Of a stretch of 64,000 bases of DNA, positions 49,505-57,614 are shown piece after piece. Position 1 is the stretch's first letter. Each line of letters starts with the position of its first letter. The position numbers and the translations under genes are program-made. Under the pieces are notes generated by a model that was not told where the DNA came from, made no database searches, and worked only from the letters and a program-made list of their open reading frames with translations. Source of the DNA: an uncultured Acidobacteriota bacterium (GTDB lineage: Bacteria > Acidobacteriota > Thermoanaerobaculia > UBA5066 > Gp7-AA6); contig CAVZNW010000002.1 in NCBI GenBank assembly GCA_963776755.1, positions 163,741 through 227,740 on the forward strand. The letters run 5' to 3'.

Positions 49505-51933
49505 TCGCTCCTCAGGGCGGTCATGGGATCGATCCGGGACGCTCGGCGCGCCGGCAGGTACGCGGCGCCGAGGGCGCAGAGGAGAAGCAGCGCCGTCACG
49601 GCGAAGAAGGTCACCGGGTCCGAGGGAGAGATGCCGAACAGGAATCCCCGCAGGAGACGCGCGACCACGGCGCCGAGAGCGACGCCCACAACGAGACCAA
49701 TGGCGACGGGGCGGGCGCTCTGCGCGACGACGAGGGCGCGCACGTCGGAGGACCGCGCGCCGAGGGCCATGCGGATCCCGATCTCGCGCGTGCGCCCCGC
49801 CACGGCGTACGAGATCACGGCGTAGATGCCGATGGCCGCGAGGGCGAGCGCGAGGAGCCCGAAGACGCCGAGAAACGCCGAGCCGAGGCGCTGGGGCACG
49901 AGCTGGCCGCCGATCTCCGCCTCGTAGGTCCCGGTGGCGGCGACGGGAAGGCTCGGATCGAGCCTCCGGATCTCCGCCCGCACGATCGAGGCGACGTCCG
50001 TCCGCGCGGACTGGCCGCGGGCGACGAGAGTCACGAGGCCCGCGTTCTCCGCGCCCTGCGCCAGAGGGAAGTAGACCTGGGGAACGGGGCCGTCGCGAAG
50101 CGACCCGGTGCGGAAGTTCCGTGCGACGCCGACGACCGTCCGCTGCGCGCCCGCGATGTCGATGCGGTGCCCGAGCGCGCTTTCGCCGGGCCAGACGCGC
50201 CGGGCCATGGCTTCATTGACGACGGCGACCATGTTCGATCCCGCCCGATCGAGGCGGTCGTCGAACTCGCGGCCCTCCACCATGGGGACTTCCATCGTCC
50301 GGAAGAAGTCCGCGCCAAGGAGGTTGATCTCGGCCTCTTCCGGCCGATCCGGGGGCGCCGGCCGGCCCGGAACCGAGAACGATTCCGTCCACTGGCCTCC
50401 GGACAGCGGAACGAGCCCCGCCCAGCTCGCCGCGCGCACGCCGGGCGAGGCGGCGACGCGCTCGCGCAGGTCCCGAAAGAAGGCCTCCGCTCTGGCGCCG
50501 TCGTAGCGCTGGAGCCCGGGATCCACGGACGCGAGCGTGAGCCCGCGCGGCTCGAAGCCGAGGTCGGTCGCGAGCGCGCGCTGGAGGCTTCGGGCGAGCA
50601 GTCCCGCAGCGACGAGCAGCAGCAGACACAGCGAAATCTGGGCGGCCACCAGCACGCCGCGGGCGGCCGACCGCGGCGAGGCCGTCGAGGCGGAGGCCTT
50701 GAGGACCGAACCCACGGAACGGCCGGACGCCTGCAGCGCCGGGAGGAGGCCGAAGGCGAGGCCGGTCGCGACCGAGAGCAGGAAGGCGAAGCCGAGGGCG
50801 CGCAGGTCGAGCGCCGGCGCAAAGACCGCCAGCGAGAAATCGCCGGGCAGCGGCATCTTCACCACGAAGGCGAGCGACCAGGTCGCGACGAGCAGTCCCG
50901 CGGCCCCGCCCAGGACGGAGAGCGTGACGCTCTCGGTCAGGAGCTGGTGAACGAGGCGCGACCGGCTCGCGCCGATCGCCTGGCGGACCGCGATCTCCTT
51001 CCGGCGCGCGGCCGCCCGCGCCAGGAGCAGGTTGGCGAGGTTGGCGCACGCGATCGCGAGCGACACCGCGACGGCGCCGACGAGGAGCGCCAGGAAGGAC
51101 ACGGGGTCGCCTTCCTGCCCGAAGCCGGCGGCCGCCCGAAGCGTCGGACGGAGAGTGAAATGCGAATCGGCGCCGAGGTCGTCCGGGAATGCGGCCGCCT
51201 CCTGGCGGGTGGCGACTTCGACGGCCGCCTGCGCCTGCGGGATCGAGACGCCGGGCTCGAGGCGTCCGACAGCGGAGAGCCAGCCCCAGCCTCGCCTCTG
51301 AAGGTCGAGTCGCTGAAACTGTCCGGTCGCCAGCCGCGGCCAGACGCCGATCGAGACCCACAGGTCCGGGGCCGCCCCGAAGGCGGTTCCGCGAAACCCC
51401 TCGGGCGCCACGCCGATCACCGTGAACGGAGCGCCGTTCAACCGGATGGCCTTCCCGACGATCGCGGGGTCCGAGCCGAACCGGCTCCTCCACAGGCGTG
51501 CGGCGAGCACGACGTTGGCCTCGCCCGACTCTTCGTCGGCCGGCGCGAGGAGACGGCCGGATGCCGGCCGTGCGCCGAGCAGGTCGAAGTAGTTTCCGGA
51601 AACGATGCCGCCGCGGATCCTCTCGGCGACGGCGCCGACCGACAGGCTCATCGATCGCTCCCGCCATGCCGCGAGGCCGTCGAGGCTTCCCGCCGTGGCG
51701 TCGCGCAGCGAGCGGTACGACGGGTAGGAAAGGGTCGGTCCGGACAGGTCCACGAGCGCCTCGGGCCGCGCCACGCCCGGGAGCGGATGCAGGACCACCG
51801 CGTCGACGAGGCTGAAGATCGCCGTGTTCGCGCCGATGCCGAGCGCCAGGATCAGGACGGCCGCGGCCGTGAAGCCGGGGCTGCGGCCGAGCGTCCGGAG
51901 GGCGTAGCGGAGGTCCCGGAAGAATGTGCTCAT
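49501..51933 (-). CDS. ADOP-type duplicated FtsX/MacB-like permease (array member 3)
   Basis: Start taken at ATG 51933 (MSTFFRDLRYALRTLGRSPGF); the longer ORF start at 52059 would overlap the upstream gene. AIACANLANLLLARAAARRKEIAVRQAIGA and [27 protein letters not shown]-terminus LPARRASRIDPMTALRSE. Confidence 0.9.
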   Translation of the reverse strand: MSTFFRDLRYALRTLGRSPGFTAAAVLILALGIGANTAIFSLVDAVVLHPLPGVARPEALVDLSGPTLSYPSYRSLRDATAGSLDGLAAWRERSMSLSVGAVAERIRGGIVSGNYFDLLGARPASGRLLAPADEESGEANVVLAARLWRSRFGSDPAIVGKAIRLNGAPFTVIGVAPEGFRGTAFGAAPDLWVSIGVWPRLATGQFQRLDLQRRGWGWLSAVGRLEPGVSIPQAQAAVEVATRQEAAAFPDDLGADSHFTLRPTLRAAAGFGQEGDPVSFLALLVGAVAVSLAIACANLANLLLARAAARRKEIAVRQAIGASRSRLVHQLLTESVTLSVLGGAAGLLVATWSLAFVVKMPLPGDFSLAVFAPALDLRALGFAFLLSVATGLAFGLLPALQASGRSVGSVLKASASTASPRSAARGVLVAAQISLCLLLLVAAGLLARSLQRALATDLGFEPRGLTLASVDPGLQRYDGARAEAFFRDLRERVAASPGVRAASWAGLVPLSGGQWTESFSVPGRPAPPDRPEEAEINLLGADFFRTMEVPMVEGREFDDRLDRAGSNMVAVVNEAMARRVWPGESALGHRIDIAGAQRTVVGVARNFRTGSLRDGPVPQVYFPLAQGAENAGLVTLVARGQSARTDVASIVRAEIRRLDPSLPVAATGTYEAEIGGQLVPQRLGSAFLGVFGLLALALAAIGIYAVISYAVAGRTREIGIRMALGARSSDVRALVVAQSARPVAIGLVVGVALGAVVARLLRGFLFGISPSDPVTFFAVTALLLLCALGAAYLPARRASRIDPMTALRSE

Positions 51934-51940
51934 GGCGTCC

Positions 51941-54419
51941 TCACTCGTTCCGCAGGGCGATGGCCGGATCGATGCGCGTGGCCCGGCGCGCAGGCAGCCA
52001 GCAGGCCACCGCCGCCACGGCGAAAAGAAGGAGCGAAACGGCCCCGTACGTTCCTGCATCGCTCGCGCCCACGCCGAAGAGCAGGCTCGCGAGCAACCGC
52101 GACAGCGCGAAGGCCGCGCCGAGACCGGCGGCGACGCCGATACCCGCCAGCGTCAGGCCGCGCTGGAGCACGCCGCGGAGGATGTCGCCCGGCCTCGCGC
52201 CGAGAGCCATGCGCAGGCCGATCTCGCGCGTGCGGGCGGAGACCGTCTCCGCCACGAGCCCGTAGATTCCGACGGACGCGAGAAAGAGCGCGATGCCGGC
52301 GAGCAGCCCCAGGAGGCCCGCGCCGAAGCGCTCGCGCGAGAAAGTCCGGGCGACGCGCCGTTCCATCGTTGCGACGTCGAAGACGGGCATGTTCGGCGCG
52401 AGCGCCTTGATCTCCCGGCGAATCGCGGGCGCCAGCGCCGCCGGGTCCCCGGAGGTGCGGACGAAGAGCGTCGCCCACTTCAACCCCCCCTGGAAGGACG
52501 GGTAGTAGAGGTCGAGCCCCTGCGGCTCCCCGGGGCGCCCGTAGAGCACGTCGCCGGCAACGCCGACCACTTCGGCGGTCTGGCCGTCGGCGAAGAAGGA
52601 GGTCGTGGCCGCCAGCCGCCGCCCGATCGGGTCCTGGCCGGGCCAGAGGCGGCGCGCCGTCGTCTCGGACACGACGACGACCTTCGGCGAGCCCTCGCGA
52701 TCCTCGGGACGGAAGGCGCGACCCCGGCGGATCGGGATCGAGAGCGCGCGGAAGTAGTCCGGGCTCACGTCGTGGATCCCGATCTGCACCGCGCCCCGAT
52801 CGACGCCGAGCTGCCGGTCGTCCACCTGGCGCACGACGGCGACCATGTTGCGCGAGGAGACGGGGGCAGTCCGGCCGGTCGAGGCCGCGACGACGCCCGG
52901 CACCGCCGCGAGGCGCTCGAGCAGCGCCCGGCGGAAGACGATCGCCTGCGAGCGATCCCCCTCGAGCACTCCGGTCGGGTCGAACTTCATGGTCAGGACG
53001 CCGTCGGGCCGGAAGCCGGACTGATAGCCGGAGAGGCGCGCGAGGCTGCGCGCGAGGAGGCCGGCGCCCACGAGGAGCACGAGCGCGAGCGCGACCTGCA
53101 CGGGGACGAGCAGTCCGCGCGCGGACAGGCGCCGGCGTCCGCTCCCGGCGACGGGAGCCGCCCTCCTTCAGGACCACGGCGAGATCTCCGCGCGAGGCCT
53201 GGAGCGCCGGGGCCATGCCGAAGAGGAGTCCCGTCGCGAGCGAGAGGGCGAGCGCGAAGGCGAGGACGCGCCCGTCGAGATCGATGGCGGCAAAACGGAA
53301 GAGGAAGGAAGGATCGCCGACGCCCGACAGGCGTTCGAGCCGGGACAGCGCCTCGACGCCCCAGAGGGACAGAAGGACGCCGGCCACGCCTCCGGCGACG
53401 GCGAGGACGACGCTCTCGGTCAGCAGCTGGCGCACGATGCGCCGGCGGCCGGCGCCGATGGCCAGGCGGATCGCGACCTCGCGGCGGCGCGAGCCCGCGC
53501 GGGCGAGCAGCAGCGCGGCGACGTTGGCGCACGCGATGAGGAGCACGAAGGTCACGGCGCCGAAGAGGACGAGGACCGAGCGCCGCAGCGCCGGGTCCAC
53601 GCGGCTGTCGTTCAACGGTGCCGCCGTGGCGCTCCAGACCGCCCCGGAGACCTCCATCGGATGCTCGTCGGCGACCTGCTTGCCGACGACCGCCATCTCG
53701 GCCTCGGCCGTCGCGGCGGCGACCCCGGCCCGCCGCCGGGCGACGACGTTGTGCCAGTGATTCCCGTCCTCCGTGAGGATCTCGGGGTAGATGAAGGTCG
53801 GCGCCGTCGCCATCGAGACCCAGATCTGGGCCTCTCCGCTCAAGCCGGCGAACCGCTCCGGCAGCACGCCGACGACCGTCAATGGCACGCGGTTGACCTG
53901 GATCACTCGGCCGAGGATCGACGGGGCGCCCCCGAAGCGGACCTTCCAGAGGCCGTGCGAGATCAGCGCGACGTTCGAGCCCGCAGACCCGTCCTCCTCG
54001 GGCGCGAACGTGCGCCCGAGCTCCGCGGAGACGCCGAGCACCGGGAAGTACGCGGCGGAGACGATCTCTCCCGCCAGCCGCTCGGGCTCGGCGACGCCCG
54101 TGAGGTTCAGGTCGAGCGTCGAGTGGGCCGCGACGGCCTCGAAGGACCGCGCGTGGCGCCGCAGGCTCTCGAACTTGGGATACGACCAGGCGAAGGGCTC
54201 GGCGGGGGTGTTGCTCTCCTGGTGCGTGATCGAAACCGTCATGAGGGCGTCCGAGTCGCGGTAGGGCAGCGGGCGCAGCACCGCGGCGTCGAGGATGGAG
54301 AAGATCGTCGTCACCGTGCCGATGCCGAGCGCGAGCGTGAGGATCGCCACGGCCGCGAAGCCCGGGTTGCGCGCGAGCCAGCGGAAGGCGTACCGGAGAT
54401 CCTGGGCGAAAGTCGTCAT
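51941..54419 (-). CDS. ADOP-type duplicated FtsX/MacB-like permease (array member 2). One apparent +1 frameshift near 53155-53165, between the two halves.
   Basis: MTTFAQDLRYAFRWLARNPGF...[30 protein letters not shown]...DLAVVLKEGG, then junk in that frame. The other frame continues AAPVAGSGRRRLSARGLLVPVQVALALVLLVGAGLL...VGIYGLVAETVSARTREIGLRMALGA...LPARRATRIDPAIALRNE. The span is 3n+1. Confidence 0.85.
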
Positions 54420-54428
54420 GGCGCTCCT

Positions 54429-56855
54429 TCAGTCGTTGCGCAAGACCAGGGCCGGATCGATTCGCGCGGCGCGTCGCGCCGGCAGGGCGCTCGCCGCGAG
54501 CGCGACGGCGGCGAGGAGGGCCGACACCCCGGCGAGCGTCGTGACGTCGAGCGGCGTGACGCCGAAGAGCATGCTCGAGAGCAGCCGGGTGATCGCCGAA
54601 GCGAAGACCAGCCCGATCGCGACGCCGATCCCGGCCAGCCGGGTCCCCCGGCCCACGAACAGCGAGACGATGTCGCGGCGGGCTGCTCCGAGCGCGATGC
54701 GGATGCCGATCTCCCGGCGGCGCTCGCCGACCGCGAAGGCGACGACGCCGTAGAGCCCGACGGCCGCGAGCAGAAGCGCGAGCGCCCCGAAGCCGGCCAG
54801 CAGAAGCGTTCCCTGCCGGCGGCCGGCGGTGGTGCGGCGCAACGCCTCCTCGAGGGTCTCCGCCTGGAAGAGCGGCATCGTCGGGTCGAGGCTGCGGGCG
54901 GCGGCCCGCACCGCGCCCGAGAGCTCCTTCCCGCCGGAGCCCCGAACGAGAAGGATGTTCTCGTTCAGGTGCGCGCCCTGAGCCAGCGCGAAGTACGCGA
55001 ACGGCCGCGCCGGTTCCGTGAGGCTCAGATACTTGCCGTCCTGGGTGACCCCGACCACCTCGAAGCCCTCGCCGGGGCGATCGACGGTCGCGAAGCGCCG
55101 GCCGAGCGGGCTGACGCCGGGCCAGAAGCGCCGGGCGAGCGTCTCGTTGACGACCGCGACGGCCGGCGCGCCCGAGCGATCCGCCGGCGTGAAGTCGCGT
55201 CCCGCGACGAGCGGGATGCCGAGCGTCGCGAAGTAGCCGGGAGAGACCGTGGTGAAGAAGATCTGCTCGCGCGCTTCGGCCCCCCCGCCCTCGGGTGCGA
55301 AGTCGTCGGCGACGGCGCGGTTGGAGAGCGGCAGGAGCTCGGTGAGGGCGGCGGCGCGCACGCCGGGCAGGCTCTTCGCCCGCTCGAGCATCGCCTCGCG
55401 AAAACCCTGGGCGCGCTCGGGCGGGTATCCCTGCGTCACCGGGTCGAACGACAGCGTCACGACGTCTCCCGCCGATGCGCGGTCGAATCCCGCGGGGACC
55501 GCGGCCGCCTTGGCGAGACTCCGCAGGAGCAGGCCGCCGGCGGCGAGCAGCACGAGCGAGAGCGCGACCTGGACGACCACGAGGGAGCCCTGCAGTCGCT
55601 GCCCGGGTCGCCCGGAGCCGCTCGCATCGCCCTTCAGGGCGGCAAAGACGTCGGGGCGAGCCGCGCTCCAGGCCGGGGCGAGGCCGAAGAGGATCCCGGT
55701 CGCGAGCGCGACGGCGGCTCCGTAGGCGAGCAGTCGCCAGTCCACGACCGGCTGGAGCAGCTGCGGGACGTCGAATCGGGAAAGCAGCAGGTCGAGAGCC
55801 CACGACGACAGGAGCAGGCCCGCGGCCGTGCCCAGACCGGCGAGCAGCACGCTCTCGGTCAGGAGCTGGCGAAGAAGGCGCCAGCGGGATGCGCCGATGG
55901 CGACGCGGATTCCCATTTCCCGCCGTCGACGCGCGGCCCGACCGAGCAGGAGATTGGCGACGTTGGCCGAGGCGATCAGCAGCACGAGGCCGGTCGCCGC
56001 GAGCGCCAGCCCCGCCATCGGCAGGATCTCGTACATGTGCCCCGGCGGAACCCAGCCCCGCGGTGTCTCGACCGAAGCCGTCGTGTTCCGCAGGTCGGCC
56101 GGCCGGAGGGAGGCATTGGCTGCCGCCGTCGCCTTCACGGCGGCTTCGGCCTGCGCAGGGGAGACCCCGGGCGCCAGGCGGGCGAGGACGCGGAAGCGGG
56201 CCGACGCGCGGGACGCGAGGCTGCCGGCGCGGTCCGTGCCCGAGAGCCAGGTCTCCAGCGGAAGAAAAACGTCCGGGGGCGAATCGAGGTCGAGGCCGGC
56301 GAATCCCGCCGGTGCGACGCCGAGAACCGTGAAGGGGCGGCCGCTGACGGTCACAGACCGGCCGACCGCGCCGGGATCGGCGCCGAAGCGCCGGCGCCAC
56401 AGCCCGGCCGATATCACGGCGACGGGGCGGCGAGCGCGGTCGTCCTCGGCGGTGAAGAAGGTCCCGGCGGCGGGTACGAGTCCCAGGACCCGGAAGTAGT
56501 CTCCGCCGGCGATCTGAGCCTCGAGGCGGTCCGTCGCGTCGGGGGTGGCGACGTGCACCGGGACGTTGTCGACCGCGGCGACTCCGGCGAACACGTCGGC
56601 ATGTTTCCCGTAGTCCACGACGTCCGGGTACGAGACGCGGGCGGCTCGACCGTCCTCGATGTGCGTGATCCAGAGGAGCCGTGCGGGATCGGCCACCCCC
56701 GGCATCGGCCGGAGAATCATCGCGTTCAGCATCGAGAAGATCGCGGCATTCGCGCCGATGCCGAGCGCGAGCGTCAGGACGGCGACGGCCGTGAAGCCGG
56801 GGTTGCGGGCGATCCCGCGCAGGGCGTAGCGGAGATCCTGCGTGAGCGTCCGCAT
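54429..56855 (-). CDS. ADOP-type duplicated FtsX/MacB-like permease (array member 1)
   Basis: 808 aa. MRTLTQDLRYALRGIARNPGF. LIASANVANLLLGRAARRRREMGIRVAIGA and VGLYGVVAFAVGERRREIGIRIALGA. C-terminus LPARRAARIDPALVLRND. The ATG shares one nt with the ATPase stop (TGATG at 56853-56857). Confidence 0.9.
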   Translation of the reverse strand: MRTLTQDLRYALRGIARNPGFTAVAVLTLALGIGANAAIFSMLNAMILRPMPGVADPARLLWITHIEDGRAARVSYPDVVDYGKHADVFAGVAAVDNVPVHVATPDATDRLEAQIAGGDYFRVLGLVPAAGTFFTAEDDRARRPVAVISAGLWRRRFGADPGAVGRSVTVSGRPFTVLGVAPAGFAGLDLDSPPDVFLPLETWLSGTDRAGSLASRASARFRVLARLAPGVSPAQAEAAVKATAAANASLRPADLRNTTASVETPRGWVPPGHMYEILPMAGLALAATGLVLLIASANVANLLLGRAARRRREMGIRVAIGASRWRLLRQLLTESVLLAGLGTAAGLLLSSWALDLLLSRFDVPQLLQPVVDWRLLAYGAAVALATGILFGLAPAWSAARPDVFAALKGDASGSGRPGQRLQGSLVVVQVALSLVLLAAGGLLLRSLAKAAAVPAGFDRASAGDVVTLSFDPVTQGYPPERAQGFREAMLERAKSLPGVRAAALTELLPLSNRAVADDFAPEGGGAEAREQIFFTTVSPGYFATLGIPLVAGRDFTPADRSGAPAVAVVNETLARRFWPGVSPLGRRFATVDRPGEGFEVVGVTQDGKYLSLTEPARPFAYFALAQGAHLNENILLVRGSGGKELSGAVRAAARSLDPTMPLFQAETLEEALRRTTAGRRQGTLLLAGFGALALLLAAVGLYGVVAFAVGERRREIGIRIALGAARRDIVSLFVGRGTRLAGIGVAIGLVFASAITRLLSSMLFGVTPLDVTTLAGVSALLAAVALAASALPARRAARIDPALVLRND

Positions 56856-57604
56856 CAGTTCATCCGGTAGCCGCTTTCCTTGAGCTCTTCCTCGCTGTGC
56901 GCCCGCTCCTCGCCCTTCTCTTCTTCCACCACGCGGCCGTCGAAGAGGTGGATCGTGCGTCCCGCGTGCTTGGCGAAGCGGGGGTCGTGCGTGACCATGC
57001 AGATCGTCGCGCCGGCGCGGTGCAGGTCCTGGAGCAGGTTCATGACCGCCTCGCCGTTGACCGAGTCGAGGTTGCCCGTGGGCTCGTCGGCGAGGAGGAT
57101 GAGGGGCGAGCCCGCGATGGCGCGCGCCACGGCGACGCGCTGCTGCTGACCGCCCGAGAGCTGCGAGGGGAAGTGCTTCATGCGGTGCGCCATGCCGACC
57201 TTCTCGAGGGACTCCTGCACGCGCTTCTTGCGCTCGTGCGAGGGCATGCCCCGGTAGGTCAGCGGCAGCTCGACGTTCTCGTAGACCGAGAGATCGCCGA
57301 TCAGGTTGAACGACTGGAAGATGAAGCCGATCTCCCGGTTGCGGATGCGCGCCCGCTCGGAGAGCGTCAGCGACTCCGCGGGCTTGCCGTTCAAGGAGTA
57401 CTTGCCCTCGGTCGGCGAGTCGAGCAGGCCGAGCAGCGACAGCAGCGTCGACTTGCCGCAGCCCGACGGCCCGGCGATCGACACGTACTCGCCGTGCGCG
57501 ATCTCCAGGTGCACGCCCGAGAGCGCGTGCGTTTCGACTTCGTCGGTGAAGAAGACCTTCGTGACGCCGTCGAGCTTGATGACCGGATGTCCGTTGGAGC
57601 TCAT
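56855..57604 (-). CDS. ABC transporter ATP-binding protein, MacB/LolD type (first ATPase)
   Basis: 249 aa. Walker A GPSGCGKST, Q-loop IGFIFQSFNL, signature LSGGQQQR, Walker B/D-loop ILLADEPTGNLD, H-loop VTHD. Acidic C-terminal tail of about 25 aa. GGGGA ribosome-binding site in the 10-nt gap after the MFP gene. Confidence 0.9.
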   Translation of the reverse strand: MSSNGHPVIKLDGVTKVFFTDEVETHALSGVHLEIAHGEYVSIAGPSGCGKSTLLSLLGLLDSPTEGKYSLNGKPAESLTLSERARIRNREIGFIFQSFNLIGDLSVYENVELPLTYRGMPSHERKKRVQESLEKVGMAHRMKHFPSQLSGGQQQRVAVARAIAGSPLILLADEPTGNLDSVNGEAVMNLLQDLHRAGATICMVTHDPRFAKHAGRTIHLFDGRVVEEEKGEERAHSEEELKESGYRMN

Positions 57605-57614
57605 GCCTGTCCCC

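Noticed and set aside
53883-53898. TGGCACGCGGTTGAC, a sigma-54-like string
   Set aside because: It lies inside permease 2 coding sequence on the antisense strand. The -12 region is TGAC, so the GC is not at the right spacing. A similar TGGCACG at about 2445 lies inside the TamB-like gene. These are chance matches expected in GC-rich sequence.
29181-56855. Periodic similarity every 2.4 kb or so, which could suggest a CRISPR-like or tandem DNA repeat array
   Set aside because: The period equals one permease gene. The similarity is confined to short conserved coding motifs at gene ends and TM blocks, and there are no short direct repeats with unique spacers. These are paralogous genes, not a repeat array.
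29097-56870. Series of very long plus-strand ORFs opposite the permease array (29097-31838, 31669-33762, 33759-38705, 40238-42352, 41920-44787, 45372-47399, 47054-49825, 50167-52410, 51926-53539, 53661-56870)
   Set aside because: All translate to R/G/D/E/P/A-rich sequence without TM segments or known motifs. All mirror well-supported minus-strand genes, so they are shadow ORFs caused by GC3 bias.
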